Part shown: positions 62,377-64,000 of the stretch, in pieces
Layout: each line of letters opens with the position of its first letter
How positions within the stretch are numbered: position 1 is the stretch's first letter
Assembly: GCF_006345805.1 (NCBI RefSeq)
Contig: NC_043004.1
Coordinates: forward strand, 105,214,001-105,278,000
From: Octopus sinensis
Taxonomy: Eukaryota
Direction of reading: 5' to 3'
Length of the DNA stretch: 64,000 nucleotides
Position numbers and translations under genes: made by a program
The notes under the pieces: generated by a model
Database searches by the model: none
Seen by the model: the letters and a program-made list of their open reading frames with translations, nothing else
What the model was told of the DNA's origin: nothing

Positions 62377-64000
62377 TTGGGTATGAATAACTGGGCACAC
62401 GACCAGCAGTATATTGGATAGATACTATCCCTTAGTTGATTGGTTTCCCAACCTCTAACTCACACACACACACACACATATATATATTTATGTGTGTGTT
62501 TGTTATGTTGACCTATAATATATGAACTTATGGATAGGTTATCAAGTTATGCATAACTACAGGAACTAAGTTGTGCAAAGAAAGCATTTTGAATTTATGG
62601 CAAGTTTTTAGTGTCTTGTGCTCTACTAGTAACTGGTGACTTTATACATTTTCTCATGAGTTTAGTTCTTGATCCTTACTTGATAAGCACCTTGGTTCAC
62701 TTAGCTGTAAATTATCCATGCCTACTTTTTTCAGTTGGAACTAGCTACTAAAATACTAAAGAATAGATATTCAGATGTGACTGAAAATATTTGTTCTAAC
62801 AATTCATAATCAAATATGGACTTCACAAATTATGTAAATATAAAGATACTAACATTGAATGTAAACAAAAAAAAATATCCCCCCAAAACTAGTAAAATTA
62901 AAAATAAACAACAAAAATCCTGGAAAATTAATCAGAAGATTTATCATAATATTTTGTTCTATTTACCCATTTATATTTACCATTTCTCTTTTTCTGCCTT
63001 TTTGTATCTTAGTTCATTTTTTGTCTGTCTGTCTGTCTGTCTTTCTTCCTCATTCAACTTTATTTTTTTTGCTGCCTCTGATTCTATCTATGCGTGTGTT
63101 TTAATCTTCCTTCTGTTCTTTCCCTGTCAGTTTTTCTTTTTAATCCCTCCCACTCATTTATTTTTCTGTGTATCTCCTCTTTTTTTTCTTTCATTGAATT
63201 ATGCATGCAATGACTAGAGTATTCACTTTTTGCTTTTCAAATATCATAGTTACTAATTTTTTCTTTACTTAATGAGCTTCTTAATAACAGCAATGATGAT
63301 GATGGTGATGATGATATAATTGCTAGAAGCTTTTTCTGTGAGCTGAGAGTTGTCATAATTTACTACTGGATAGGGACCAGCATTACCACGCACAAAAACA
63401 AAAACAAAATACAGTGACATTTGATTAGTCTACAACATACAAGTCCATACAGTTGTTCATCTGACATACATATGCATACATAAACTTTGTCTTCTCCCTC
63501 TTTCATGCATGCATTCCAGAAGTTAGTTTTTTAGCTCTATAGTTTTCTCTGTCATTTGTTTCTTCACGATTCTCCAATGTATTAGCAGAGTGTAACTACA
63601 CTCCTAAATATCAAGTCTCTCTCATGCATTTCCTGCTTAATTTACTTGACTCCAAAAGCAGGTGTTACCATTCATTGGTTTACTTTCTCAGGAAATGAAG
63701 CTAGTTTTGCTTTCTTGAGAATTACTATAACAAAGTCCATTATAATATTAATTTCCATCATTAACACACATAATGTGTTACTGGCAGTTTAATTGATCTC
63801 CGTACTCTACTGGTACTTAATTTATTAATTTTGGAATGTTGAATGGCAAAGGTGATTTTGGCAAAATTTGAACTCAAGATATAAACAGACATGACTATAA
63901 GATAACTGCTATAAGATAATTCAGTACTACCATTTTTGCCATTCAGAAATACCTGTCTTATGGTAGTGTTACTATTGACATCAAAATTAACATTATTTGA

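Overview
Eukaryotic, AT-rich, microsatellite-rich DNA made mostly of interspersed repeats. The SINE and MITE repertoire looks like that of a coleoid cephalopod, probably Octopus (inference from remembered repeat families, no search run). No host protein-coding gene could be identified with confidence. There is a CpG-rich, promoter-like island at ~31.5-32.3 kb and scattered candidate exons on both sides. Nearly all listed ORFs are microsatellite noise or transposon fragments. Well-supported elements: an internally deleted Gypsy-like LTR element with a 5-bp TSD inside a SINE; an internally deleted piggyBac plus many TTAA-flanked MITEs; a young 5'-truncated CR1 LINE with an intact 504-aa RT ORF; RTE and Dong/R4 LINE fragments; a decayed full-length mariner; hAT-like MITEs. 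Four SINE families are labelled here for convenience: A = tRNA-headed with an internal microsatellite, B = (GAT)n-tailed, C = TAA-associated, D = tRNA-headed with a Nin/Deu-like middle. The most interesting signal is a set of 340-460 bp asymmetric fold-back insertions. Two have 10-12 bp TSDs, one carries a minimal type I hammerhead ribozyme motif and another a decayed one, which points to Penelope-like pLTR derivatives. A near-perfect 210-bp inverted duplication lies at 61.7-62.4 kb. No CRISPR, rRNA or true tRNA genes were seen. Coordinates of old repeats are approximate.
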